Source: Epithemia pelagica (taxonomy: Eukaryota; Protista; Bacillariophyta). Taken from it: a stretch of 64,000 nt of DNA. Both the position numbers and the translations under genes were made by a program. Positions 11,198 through 22,755 of the stretch are shown piece after piece. The notes under the pieces are model-generated. The model worked only from the letters and a program-made list of their open reading frames with translations. It searched no databases and had not been told where the DNA came from. Position 1 is the first letter of the stretch. Each line of letters begins with the position of its first letter. The stretch is from the NCBI GenBank assembly GCA_946965045.2, contig OX337232.1:2852001-2916000 (forward strand). The letters run 5' to 3'.

Positions 11198-11953
11198 TTA
11201 GGTATGAAAAAACAAATGAAACAATCCCTTTAGATACAAGACAATTTCTTTGGGTCCCAATTTGGATTCTCCATAGAGTCGATCGACAAAGACAATGGGA
11301 ACTTCCTGGATGCGGTATCCAGCTCGTTGCGCCAAGACGAGAATTTCCATTTGAAAGGCATAGCCGGTACATTGCACTTTGGGCAAGATTTGCACGAGGG
11401 CGGCCCGATCGTACAAGCGAAAACTGCCCGTCAAATCGGTACACTGTCGCGGATTTAGCAAGAAATGCGCCAAGACATTGGCTCCCCGGGAGGTGATTTT
11501 GCGTTTCCAATCCCAACCACACACACCCGCGTCGGGGGACCCCAAAATGTACCGCGAACCGCAGACAATGTCGACTTTTTTCGAGGTCGAATCATCACCA
11601 CTATTATTAGTATGATCCATGAGTTGAATCATTTGGGGAATGTATTTGGGATGATGCGACAAATCGGCATCCATGATAATGATGCGATCGCCCTTGCTCA
11701 CTTGTTGCAAGCCATCCAAATAGGCCGATCCCAAGCCCAACTTTCCGGGTCGTGACAAAATGGCAATCTTGTCCTTCCCATAGACGCGTTGCAATGTTTG
11801 CGCCACCTCCAAGGTCCCATCGGGAGATTGATCGTCGACCACGACAATTTCGTACCGCAGCTTGTGCTGGACAAACATTTGATCCAACAAATAGACCATG
11901 AGGGGTAAATTCTCGCGTTCATTGTATGTGGGCAATATCACGGAATACAACAT
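11198..11953 (-). CDS. DPM1: Dolichol-phosphate mannosyltransferase catalytic subunit (GT2)
   Basis: [82 protein letters not shown]. Confidence 0.93.
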   Translation of the reverse strand: MLYSVILPTYNERENLPLMVYLLDQMFVQHKLRYEIVVVDDQSPDGTLEVAQTLQRVYGKDKIAILSRPGKLGLGSAYLDGLQQVSKGDRIIIMDADLSHHPKYIPQMIQLMDHTNNSGDDSTSKKVDIVCGSRYILGSPDAGVCGWDWKRKITSRGANVLAHFLLNPRQCTDLTGSFRLYDRAALVQILPKVQCTGYAFQMEILVLAQRAGYRIQEVPIVFVDRLYGESKLGPKEIVLYLKGLFHLFFHT

Positions 11954-12154
11954 GATGATGAGAAAAACCTCTGATGCAGCTGCGCCAATGATGAATCCCT
12001 ACAACCGGTGCAGCAACAACCGCAATGCAACGACTCCACGCAACAAAGGATTCTGAGATGGATATAGATGACCTGACAATGACAACACCCCAAACAGAAT
12101 GCTCGTGGTGTTTGTTTTCAAAAAATCAATCCCCTGTCTTTTCTCTTTCGCTAC

Positions 12155-12250
12155 TGACGCGCGCGCCGGACACGTACTGGGCGCGCGTTTGAATTGGTGC
12201 GACTTAGAAGCTACTCATCGGAACCATGGGGAAACCCACAACCCACGTCA
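12155..12250. promoter_or_regulatory. CCRE-like bZIP sites (TGACGC 12155, ACGTCA 12245) in the DPM1/gene B divergent promoter
   Basis: Match the CO2/cAMP-responsive element hexamers described for the Phaeodactylum ptca1 promoter. These hexamers also occur by chance about once per kb. Confidence 0.3.
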
Positions 12251-12583
12251 TTGTCAGCAGGGAACGGCGGCGATGACGAATGCGACGAGACGACATACTC
12301 AAATATTAAACAGGAAAGAGCCGATCCCTTGGGAGGAGGACTCCATACGTTCCTTGTCGTCCATCCGTCTTGACACTTGTGACAGCAAATACAACCTCCA
12401 GACCGTTTGTTGACTATTCATCTTTGTGTCTTTGGCGAAAGGGACACAGCGATAGTTATCTCCTCTGCAATCATCAGGAAGATAGTCGTCGGAGAGTGTT
12501 TGTTTGAGACAAATCACAAGAGGCAAACGTGACAAGAGATTGAAGTTCCAAAAGACATTGATTGTCAAGTTAGTTTCTACAGA

Positions 12584-15500
12584 ATGAAGGTTGGAGATTC
12601 GCTCAGCATGAATCTGGTGCTTGTGGCATTGCCATTGGTGATACTGTCAAGCAGTTGGACCACGATTCAGGCCTTTCAACACCAACATCAAGTCTCGGTG
12701 TCACGACCCTCCAACAGTTGGTTGGCCGCCGAAACCTCGTCGTCGTCCCCCGCTCCTGCCACCACGACAGGAGGAGACACGCCGGATCAGTCGTTGTTTG
12801 CTCGTCGGACCATTCAATTGGCCGATGCGGCCTCGCAGGGCAAATCGCGATGGGGACCTTCGGAAAATCGTCGGGCACAAAATTTGGCCCAAAGCATGGT
12901 TTTGACCAACAGTGCGTCTCCCATTGATCCACCCGCGACACCGGTGGAATTGCAAGACACGGCAATGGTGGGGGCGGCCCGACGCTTGCCGAAACAATGG
13001 GCGGCCCTCCGAGCGCAAGTCACTCAATTGCCGACGCAACCCAAGGAAACGGCAGCTGAACCCGTCGTCGACGATGCTGTGGCCTCCTTGCAGGCCGCCT
13101 TGCCCAAACAATGGGCGGCGTTGCGAGATTTGGTGGGTATGGCCCGTCTTCCTCGACAATGGGCCGCCTTGCGTCAAGAAGCCTCGGAACCAACGACGAC
13201 GGCATCCTCACCCGTGGCGCCACCGTCGTCCTCCTCCTCGTTGCCCCGTCAATGGGCAGCCCTTCGTGAAGAAACCAAGAAGACCGAATTGGCCCGTCCC
13301 TTCTTTGGGGATGTGGTCCAAACGACCACCAAGGAAGAAACACCCGCAGAACAAGTCGTTCCTCAAGAAGAAGCAGCAGCAGCACCGGTCGTGGGTACCG
13401 CCCTCAGTGGCCCTAAACTCTTCGAAGCCCGTACCTTGCAAGTGGCCGCAGCGGCGGAAGCAGGCATGTCGCGATGGGGAGCTCCCGAAAACCGACGGGC
13501 TGCCATGATGGCAGCGGCCTTGGCGGGAACTGCCCCGGCAGTTGCGGTGGAACCAACGCCGGCGGCCGCCACCACGGCCCCTCCGGCCGAAACGGTTCCT
13601 CCCAAGGCCGAGGAATCGGCCGCATTGGTGCCGAAACAAAAACCATCCATTGCCGCCCTTACGCGATCGATGGAATCGCGTTGGAGCAATTTGGCACGAA
13701 GTCCGGCCATGCGGGGAACTTCGTTGCCGATTCGAGCTCAACCCCGACCTCAATTGGCGAGCTTCAACAAATCTTCCTTGCTCACCCGAAACAATTACTT
13801 CCGGTCGCAACGTGTTCTTACGGGTGGCAACACGGCCTTGCCGCCATCGACCACACCCAGTGCCACTCGTCCCAACCAGTTTGCTCGACGAGTCCTCACG
13901 GGTGGCAACACAGCCTTGCCTCCGTCGACGACACCCAGTGCCACTCGTCCCAGCCAGTTTGCTCGACGTGTTCTTACGGGTGGCAACACGGCCTTGCCGC
14001 CGTCGACAACGCCCAATGCCAGTCGTCCCAATCAGTTTGTCCGTAATACGAGATTTGCTCGTGCGATTCCAGCCTCGCGACCCACTCTGGCGTCCCCGTC
14101 GGGATCGATTCGCAATGTCATTAGTCGACGACAAATTAGTGTGAACACCGACGAACAAGCCAGACCCGTCATGGCCGCGGCCGTGATTCGGGGACGCAAG
14201 GCCGCTACTCCTCCCAAGGCCCAGGAGCCCTCGGCTCCACCGGCAGCTCCACCCGTTCCCGTTACGAGCACTCCAGCACCGGCCGCACCACAAGTGCAAG
14301 GTCCACCGGGCAGCAGCGTGGCAACCGCCGCACCAGCACCACCCATTACGGAAGCCGAAGTGCGGGCCTTGTTTAATCTCTGGAACGACGCCTTGGCCAC
14401 ATTGGATTCGACCACTGTGGCGGAACGGTATGCAGCCGATCCCATTCTGCTTCCCACCGTGTCCGATGAACCCCGGACCGATTTTGCCAGCATTAAGGAT
14501 TATTTTGACAACTTTTTGAAACTCCAACCACAAGGTGTGATTGTGGAAGGAAAGGTCAAGATTGGACCCAATTGGGCGCAAGATGCGGGTATCTACGAAT
14601 TCACCATGGGTACGACTGGTGCCAAGGTTCGGGCTCGTTACTCCTTTGTCTACGTGTTTGAAGAGGGAGAATGGAAGATTGCCCATCATCACTCGTCCAC
14701 CATGCCCGAAGCTCCCGAAACGGTACCCACCGAAGATGAAGTCAAGGGGTTCTTCACACTGTGGAATGATGCTCTTGCCACGTGTACGTTTTCCATGGAG
14801 GCACTGTCGTGAGAGCTCAACCGTGCAGTATGTCTCACTCCTCTCTTGTGGTCTCTACCTTTTTATCGAAACAGTGGACTCGGATACTGTCGCACAACGT
14901 TATGCACAGAACGCGGTTTTGTTGCCGACAGTTTCCGATGTACCTCGTACAGACTATGCCAGCATCAAGGACTACTTTGACAACTTTTTGCAGCTCAAAC
15001 CAGAAGGTGTGATTCTAGACAGCTTTGTAACGACGGGAAAGAATTTGTGCAAGGATGTCGGTATTTACGAATTTACCTTGGGTGCGACTGGCGAAAAGGT
15101 TCGGGCTCGGTACTCCTTTGTTTACATCAAGGAAGGAATGGATTGGAAGATTTCTCACCATCATTCGTCCGTTATGCCGGAAGCTCAAGCAAGCAGTGCC
15201 ATCTCGGAAGAAGAAGTGCGGGATCTCTTCACGCTGTGGAACGATGCTCTTGCAACATGTACGTAGTCGAAGATGAGTAATTTGCTTTGATTTCCTGTCC
15301 AGATCTCAATTTTTTTGTTCTTACACCCTCTTGTGCATGCAGTGGACAGCGATAAGGTGGCCAGTCGGTACGCCAAGGAATCAGTGCTTCTCGCTACAGT
15401 ATCCGATGTCCCCCGCACGGACTATGCAAGCAAAAAGGCATACTTTGATGACTTTTTGAAGAAGGAACCCCAGGGTGAAATTTTGGAATCCTTTGTAGAA

Positions 15501-15662
15501 ATTGGCGACGGTTGGTGCAAAGATGTTGGCATTTATGAATTCACAATGGGTACCACTGGTGAAAAGGTCAAGGGTCGCTACTCCTTCCTCTATTCGTTTG
15601 AAGACGGAGAATGGAAGATTTTGCATCACCATTCCTCCATCATGCCCGAGAGCATTTTATAA
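12584..15662 (+). CDS. Gene B: plastid-targeted iota-class carbonic anhydrase (LCIP63/COG4875, NTF2/SnoaL-like) with 3 domains and a roughly 580-aa low-complexity N-terminal arm
   Basis: Exons 12584-14783, 14875-15258 and 15343-15662, with GT-AG phase-1 introns after WNDALAT. Three domains each contain LFxLWNDALAT...LLxTVSD.PRTD...YFD.FL...GIYEF...RYSF.Y...WKI.HHHSS.MPE. Leader TIQA|FQ. Confidence 0.88.
13811..14044 (+). repeat. Three 78-bp (26 aa) coding repeats in gene B
   Basis: RVLTGGNTALPPSTTP[SN]A[TS]RP[NS]QF[AV]R repeated three times. Confidence 0.9.
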
Positions 15663-16249
15663 GCAAACACACACAACGGAAAATCCTCACACGCGGACCA
15701 TAAGCGACTCCGTGGATGACGAGCTTTGGGATCTGTTCCATCATCATGCACGTTGTCCCTTGTAGACCTTTCACTCACAGCCGATTGTGTTATGAATGGT
15801 TAAGCTTTTGTGGATGTATCGAGTTGGGTTGTTTCGTGTTGCGTAGAGAATTTCATTGCATATAAATGGTGGGGAAAGTCACAAGCTATTGCACTTGTAT
15901 ACGTTCGATGGGTTGTGAATGGAGATGAGAAAATGGCGAATGCCGTTTTGCTAGAAATGAGAATGAATGAAAAGATGAGAATGTGCGTAGTATGGACCGT
16001 TACTGTGATTTCCACAATGACGAGCCATATAATGTATAGAGTAAAATGTCGTGTGCGGTAGTCATTATCTGCAAGGAAAGCGCACAAGATGTGTACGGTT
16101 TGCAACACGGGTTCGACTTCTAGAGATGAGACAGTCCACTGTCATTTGCCATGTTCAAGGGATTGCGGATAACCTAGAGGAACTCTCTCTAGCTGCTACT
16201 CTAAAATGACAAAATTATCTTCAAATACTGTGAACTGAGCAACGTCGTC

Positions 16250-16368
16250 AGGAACGACCATACCACGATGACAGCACCGCTTCCCGTCTGCTCAGCGAAG
16301 TTAAGCATCGTCGGGCCCGGTTAGTACTACGGTGGGGGACCACGTTGGAATCCCGGGTGTTGTTCTTT
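16250..16368 (+). rRNA. 5S rRNA gene, copy 2
   Basis: Same sequence as copy 1 except one substitution (GGCCCGGTT versus GGCCCAGTT). Ends in TTTT. Confidence 0.92.
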
Positions 16369-16479
16369 TGAAATTTTGGAGAAGAATCTCACCTTGGAGT
16401 GTCGAGTGTCGATCCTATCGGATGATGGTAAAAAAATACATAGGCTACTCTATCTTTTCTGTTAGGAGGCAGTACAAAA

Positions 16480-16738
16480 TGACGTTTCGAACAAAGGTTC
16501 ATGTCGGCTGTGGGTGTATTGTAGGTGTGTGTCGGCGTTGCGCAAAACCATGCAGGGAGACCATTTTCCCATCAGCATCCTAGGAGCACAATACGGCTAG
16601 CTAGCAGCAGCGATATTGTAGGAGGGGTAGCAAAGAGGATCCATTAAAGACGACCCAATAGCGATTGGATCGTCATACTTCCGAACGACGCCCGAGACTA
16701 CGAAATGCGACATAAAGAACCGACACGAAGGATGACGT
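16480..16738. promoter_or_regulatory. Two TGACGT CCRE-like sites upstream of gene C
   Basis: TGACGT at 16480-16485 and 16733-16738, within 600 bp of the start codon. Confidence 0.3.
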
Positions 16739-17047
16739 CTTTGAAGACCGGCTGATCACATTGCAGACACAAGAGCCTCACAAAAACCAAAACCCACATT
16801 CACTCTGAACTGTTGAATAGTGTGAGTGGCAACGAGAACGACGACAACCACAACAACGTCTTGGAGAGAAACAAGGAAATCATCATTCATTCATCCTCTT
16901 GTTGGAAGGAAAAAAGAAAGGACAGGCAATCGGTAGTGGGAGCATTTCAGAGATTCGCGAAGTAGAGAACAATCTTTCGTCCACAAAAGGAGGAGCCGAA
17001 ATTCCACCATGCTGACACCTACAATGCCTCCCAAAAGGCGACGACGA

Positions 17048-20000
17048 ATGGAGGCACAGTGGATTGTCCTTGTGCTTCTTGTTCATTGGTACGGTAGTTC
17101 CAATGCCTTTCAACCGTCTGTGGGTGTCGTTTGGCACCCCAACAAACCATCCGTGGTGGATCAGGAAGGGGGGTCCCTCACGTGGACCAACCACCACAAC
17201 AACCACAAGTACATTCGACAAAAGACATGTCACGGCGCTAGTGTTGCCCATGGTTCCAAGTCCCAGGAATCCGCTGACATGAACAATGCAAAGACACGAC
17301 CGAAATTCTGGGAGGACACGAGCGCCAAGACGGCCGAAACGGTCTTGGCTCGATTGCCCAAACAATGGGCCGCGGTTCGACAAGAAGAACGACAACGACA
17401 AGCCGAGACGACGACAAAATCAATACCCCGTCAATGGGCGGCGATGCGGGCCTTTGCGTCCCATCCAGAGCCGGAGAAGGACGTTCCGTCGGGTCGAGCA
17501 CAGGATTCCCATTCAGCGACGGGACACGAATTTCCATATGGAGGAGCAGAGCATCTCCCAGCGTATAGGGCAAAGAATCCGTCATTACCGACCGAACGAA
17601 ACGACCAGTATGACGATTTGTGGGTAGATGAAGAAATGACCACGGCCAGTCAGAGTTTGGATGAGCTTTTTATGACAGATAATATGATGTACCCTGTTCC
17701 AGAAGAACCAAAGGCAACTGTTGCCCATGGTACCATTCCAGACAGCGCCGATGCGTCCATTGGGGAGGAAACCAGTTCCAACGCGGCTTTCATGAATGCG
17801 GACAGTTCCAAACCGTCCTGGATCGTAGACGAGGAAGATGGAGTCATTGTGTGGCTCCCCGAAGATGATATGGAAAAAGTCACGGAAAATCGACCCCAAC
17901 ACCATCTTGAAACACCTGCCGATCAGGTCGCTACCAAAGTCCAAGTCGGATGGTCCCCTGGCGGTGCAGCGAACGACCGCCATGACATTGCCGTAGAATC
18001 CACACGTGTCCACAGCCAACGAGATGTGGAACGATCGCCCTTGTCGTTTCAGAAAAAGAAATCGCTCACTGCCACTCCGTCCGTTTCGGGAACCATTCAT
18101 TCATGGCATGACAAAGTTCGCAGTCCTCGAACGATTCGGAAAACCGTTCCTCGTTGGTCTTCCAACATGAAACCTCAAGAAATTTCGGCATTTCCAGAAG
18201 GACATGTCGGTCCGACGGATGAGAATACGTATCCAATTCATACTAAACGCGAATTTGCGGAAGGAAATGTCCGTCCAACTCAGAATACGTATCCGATTCC
18301 TCTGAAAAGCACAATCACGCGCCGACTTTCTCTAATGGACCGTGAAAGCCCCATGGAAGGTCACCCGTCCATTGTTGTGGTTCACGCAGTTGAGCCAGAG
18401 GACACTTCATCATGGCCTGCACCCACCCGAGGATTCCGTTACCGGCAAGTTGCTGTCAGCAGCGAGGATGAGCACCCATTAAAAGTGGGTCCTGATTACC
18501 AAGACCAAGAGAAGAATATCGTGAGTGCCACCAAGCAAGTTACTCCTAGCAACGATGATGAAAGACCGCTTAAAGTGGGTCCAGATTACCAAGACAACCC
18601 CGCCATTGGTGCCAGGCGTCAGATTACTGTAAGCAACGATGATGAAAGACCCTTGAAAGTGGGTCCGGATTACCAGCATTACGAAAATGGCACGAGTGCC
18701 AGGCTGCAAGTTCCGGTACGCAATGATGACGAGAGGCCTCTTCAAGTGGGCCCTGATTACCAAGAACGCGAGACTGTCTCTAAGGCCAGAATGCAAGATG
18801 CTGAGAGCAACAACGATGAACAGCCATTGAAAGTGGGGCCAGATTACCAAGGCAATGACAATGTCACTGGTGCCAGAATGCAGGTTCCGGAAAGCAACAA
18901 CGACGAGCAGCCGTTAAAGGTGGGTCCTGATTACCAAGGCAATGACAACGTCACTGGTGCCAGGGTAAACGTCCCTGTAAGCAACGACGATGAGAGACCC
19001 TTGAAAGTGGGTCCTGATTACAAAGATCACGAAAATATAACTGGTGCCAGAATGCAAGTTCTGGAAAGCAACAGCGATGAACAGCCGTTAAAGGTGGGTC
19101 CTGATTATCAAGATCATGAGAATATCACTGGTACCAAGATGGAAGTTCCGGAAAGCAACAACGACGAGCAGCCGTTAAAGGTGGGTCCTGATTATCAAGA
19201 TCATGAGAATATCACTGGTGCCAAGATGCAAGTTCCGGAAAGCAACAACGATGAACAGCCGTTAAAGGTGGGTCCTGATTATCAAGATCATGAGAATATC
19301 ACTGGTGCCAAGATGCAAGTTCCGGAAAGCAACAACGACGAGCAGCCGTTGAAGGTGGGTCCTGATTACCAAGACGAGGATAATAATTTTCTTCGTGCCA
19401 AGTTGGAAGCTGCTTTGAGCAACGATGATGAGCGCCCTTTGAAAGTGGGTCCTGATTACCAAGACCAGGACAACATCACTGGTGCCAAGTTAGAAGTTCC
19501 TGTAAGCAACGACGATGAGCGCCCTTTGAAAGTGGGTCCTGATTACCAAGACCAGGACAATATCACTGGTGCCAAGTTGGAAGTTCCCGTAAGCAACGAC
19601 GATGAGAGACCCTTGAAAGTGGGTCCTGATTACCAAGACCAGGACAACATCACTGGTGCCAAGTTGGAAGTTCCTGTAAGCAACGACGATGAGAGACCCT
19701 TGAAAGTGGGTCCCGATTACCAAGACGAGGATAATAATTTTCTTCGTGCCAAGTTGGAAGCTGCTTTTAGCAACGACGATGAGCGACCTTTGAAAGTGGG
19801 TCCTGATTACCAAGATGACGAGTATATCAGTGGTTTGAGCTGGAAACTTCCTGTGAGCAACGATGATCAGAAGCCATTAAAGGTGGGTCCTGATTACCAC
19901 GAGGACGATATCAGTTTTGTCCCTGACAGGTTGGAAGTTGCTTCGAGCAACGATGATGAGCGCCCTTTGAAAGTTGGCGCTGATTTTCAAGACCATGACC

Positions 20001-22755
20001 ATGACGACATCAGTGGTGCGACGTGGCAAGTTCCTGAGAGCAACGATGATGAAAGACCCTTGAAAGTGGGTCCTGATTACCACGAGGACGATAAGAATTT
20101 TGTCCGTGCCAGGTTGGAAGCTGCTTCGAGCAACGACGATGAGCGCCCTTTGAAAGTGGGCCCTGACTACCATGACCATGACGACATCGGCGGTGCGACG
20201 TGGCAAGTTCCTGAGAGCAACGATGATCAAAGACCCTTGAAAGTGGGGCCTGTTTACCAAGACGACGATAAGAATTTTGTCTGTGCCAGGTTGGAAGCTG
20301 CTTCGAGCAACGACGATGGGCGCCCTTTGAAAGTTGGTCCTGACTACCAAGACCATGACGACATCGGTGGTGCGAGTTGGCAAGTTTCTGAGAGCAACGA
20401 TGATGAAAGACCCTTGAAAGTGGGACCTGTTCACCTAGACGGCGATAAGAATTTTGTTCGTGCCAGGTTTCAAGCTGCTTGGAGCAACGATGATGAGCGA
20501 CCTTTGAAAGTGGGTCCTGATTACGAAAACGGCCCTGTCGTTGGTACTAGGTTGAAAACGGCATTGAGCAACGACGATGAGCAACCCTTGAAAGTGGGTC
20601 CTGATTACCAACAAGACGATAAGAATCTTTTACGTTCTAAGTTGAAAGCTGCTTTTAGCAATGACGATGAGCATCCGTTGAAAGTAGACCCTGACTACCA
20701 ACAAGACGATAAGAATCTTTTACGTTCCAAGTTGAAAGCGGCTTTGAGCAACGATGATAAGCGTCCTTTGAAAGTGGGTCCTGATTATCAGAACGACCGT
20801 GTCGCGGGAGCCAGGTTGCAAACTCCTCCGAGTAACGATGATGAACGACCGTTGAAAGTAGGCCCTGATTACCAAAATGACCGTGTCACTATGGACAAGA
20901 TTGCGTCTATAAGACACGGATCTTTGCGTTTCAGGGAGAAAACGAGTGGTCGTGTCCGGAACCAAAGGGAAATGGACAGTACAGTTGCGGTATTACAGGC
21001 CGCACCGTCTATCACGGAAGCTCAAGTTCGTTCTCTGTTTGATCATTGGAATGACGCGTTGGCGACCTTGAACTCAACTACGGTGGCAAATTGCTATGCA
21101 GTGGAACCAATCCTACTCCCAACCGTGTCAGATGAGCCTCGAACAGACTTCCAAAGTATCAAGGAATATTTTGACACATTTTTGAAACTGGAACCTCAAG
21201 GCGTCATCATGGATGGCAAAATCAACATTGGACCTGGTTGGGCGCAGGATGCTGGTATCTACGAGTTCACAATGGGTGCAACTGGTACCAAGGTAAAGGC
21301 TCGATACTCTTTCCTTTATGTATACGAAGGCGGGGAATGGAAAATAGCGCATCATCATTCCTCCACAATGCCAGAAAGCTTGGAAAAGACACAAATCACT
21401 TCGGAGGAGTGTAAAGGTCTCTTTGATCTTTGGAACAATGCTCTTGCTACTTGTAAGTTCGATGCTTTCGGATTTTCTCAGTGACGTGAGCTCTTGGCTT
21501 GTCTGGACAGAACAACAGGGTACATCTCACACGTGTGTTCTGCCAACCTTTACACTTTCGCCACAGTGGACTCTGAGAATGTGGCCAAACGCTACGCGAG
21601 CAACGCCGTTCTTCTCCCTTCGGTCTCAGATGTTCCTCGAACGGACCATGCTAGTATCAAAGAGTATTTCGACACGTTCTTGAAACTGAAACCTCAAGGT
21701 GTTATTTTGGAAAGTTTTGCTACCACTGGTAGTGATTGGTGCAAGGATGTCGGTATATATGAATTCACCATGGGAGAAACTGGCGAAAAGATCAAAGCCC
21801 GGTATTCATTTGTCTACGTCAAAGAAATGGGGGAATGGAAAATTACACACCATCACTCATCCCCAATGCCCGAATCTGACACAGTACAAAAGCTATCAGA
21901 ACAAGAAGTGAGAAACCTTTTTAATGTTTGGAATGATGCACTGGCAACTCGTAAGTCTTCTTTTCATGGCCTTGAATCACATGCCTACCAGAGTTGTATC
22001 TTATCAGTTGCTTTCTCTGTGTTTCCTGCATCGGCATGAAATGTTTGTTATCTGGATGATCTACAGTCGAAAGTGATACAGTCGCCAATAGATACGCAAA
22101 AGACTCAGTCCTTCTTCCTACGGTTTCCGATGTACCTCGAACGGACTATGAAAGCAAGAAGGAATACTTTGACGTCTTCTTGAAAAGTAAACCGCAGGGA
22201 GAGATTATCGAGTCATTTGTAGAAACTGGAAATGGATGGTGCAAGGACGTTGGAATTTATGAATTCACAATGGGCACAACGGGCCAAAAAGTCAAAGGAC
22301 GGTATTCCTTTGTCTATACGTTGGAAGATGGGGAATGGAAAATTTTGCACCACCATTCCTCTGTCATGCCCGAGACCATACTAACGCCGTCCATGACGGA
22401 CGAGGAAAAGTCGATTCGTTCCTTGTTTGACGAATGGAATGACGCGTTAGCGACGTTGGATTCCGAGAAGGTAGCCCAGCTGTATGCCTCCGATCCCATC
22501 TTCTTGCCCGCAGGGCCGGAGGAGCCACGAACGGACTTTGCCGGTATTCAGGAGTATTTCGACACCTTTTTGAAATTAAAGCCCCACGCCAAGATTCTCG
22601 AGGGAAAAATCACCTTGGGAGACAATTGGGCCCAAGATGCCGGTGTGTATGAAATGACAATCGCAGCTACGGGGGACACGGTCCAAATTCGTTACTCGTT
22701 TCTCTATGTGTTGGAGGATGGAAAATGGAAGATTGCGCATCATCACAATGAGTAA
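17048..22755 (+). CDS. Gene C: plastid-targeted iota-class carbonic anhydrase with 4 domains (4th degenerate) fused to a very long repetitive N-terminal arm
   Basis: Exons 17048-21452 (ORF open from 17009), 21567-21950 and 22067-22755, with introns at the same WNDALAT position as gene B. Leader SSNA|FQPS. Domains 1-3 end in HHHSS; domain 4 ends in HHHNE-stop. Confidence 0.87.
18458..20890 (+). repeat. 28 coding tandem repeats of about 84-93 bp (28-31 aa), core SNDDERPLKVGPDY
   Basis: Counted 28 PL[KQ]V[GD][PA][DV][YFH] cores in the translated ORF. Confidence 0.93.

Noticed and set aside
13208-14692. 494-aa antisense ORF (likewise 366-1364 and other overlapping minus-strand ORFs)
   Set aside because: These are antisense to well-supported low-complexity genes and read as compositional shadows.
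18458-20890. Regularly spaced repeats resembling a CRISPR array
   Set aside because: Units keep the reading frame and vary synonymously, the spacers are homologous to each other, no cas genes are present and the context is eukaryotic.
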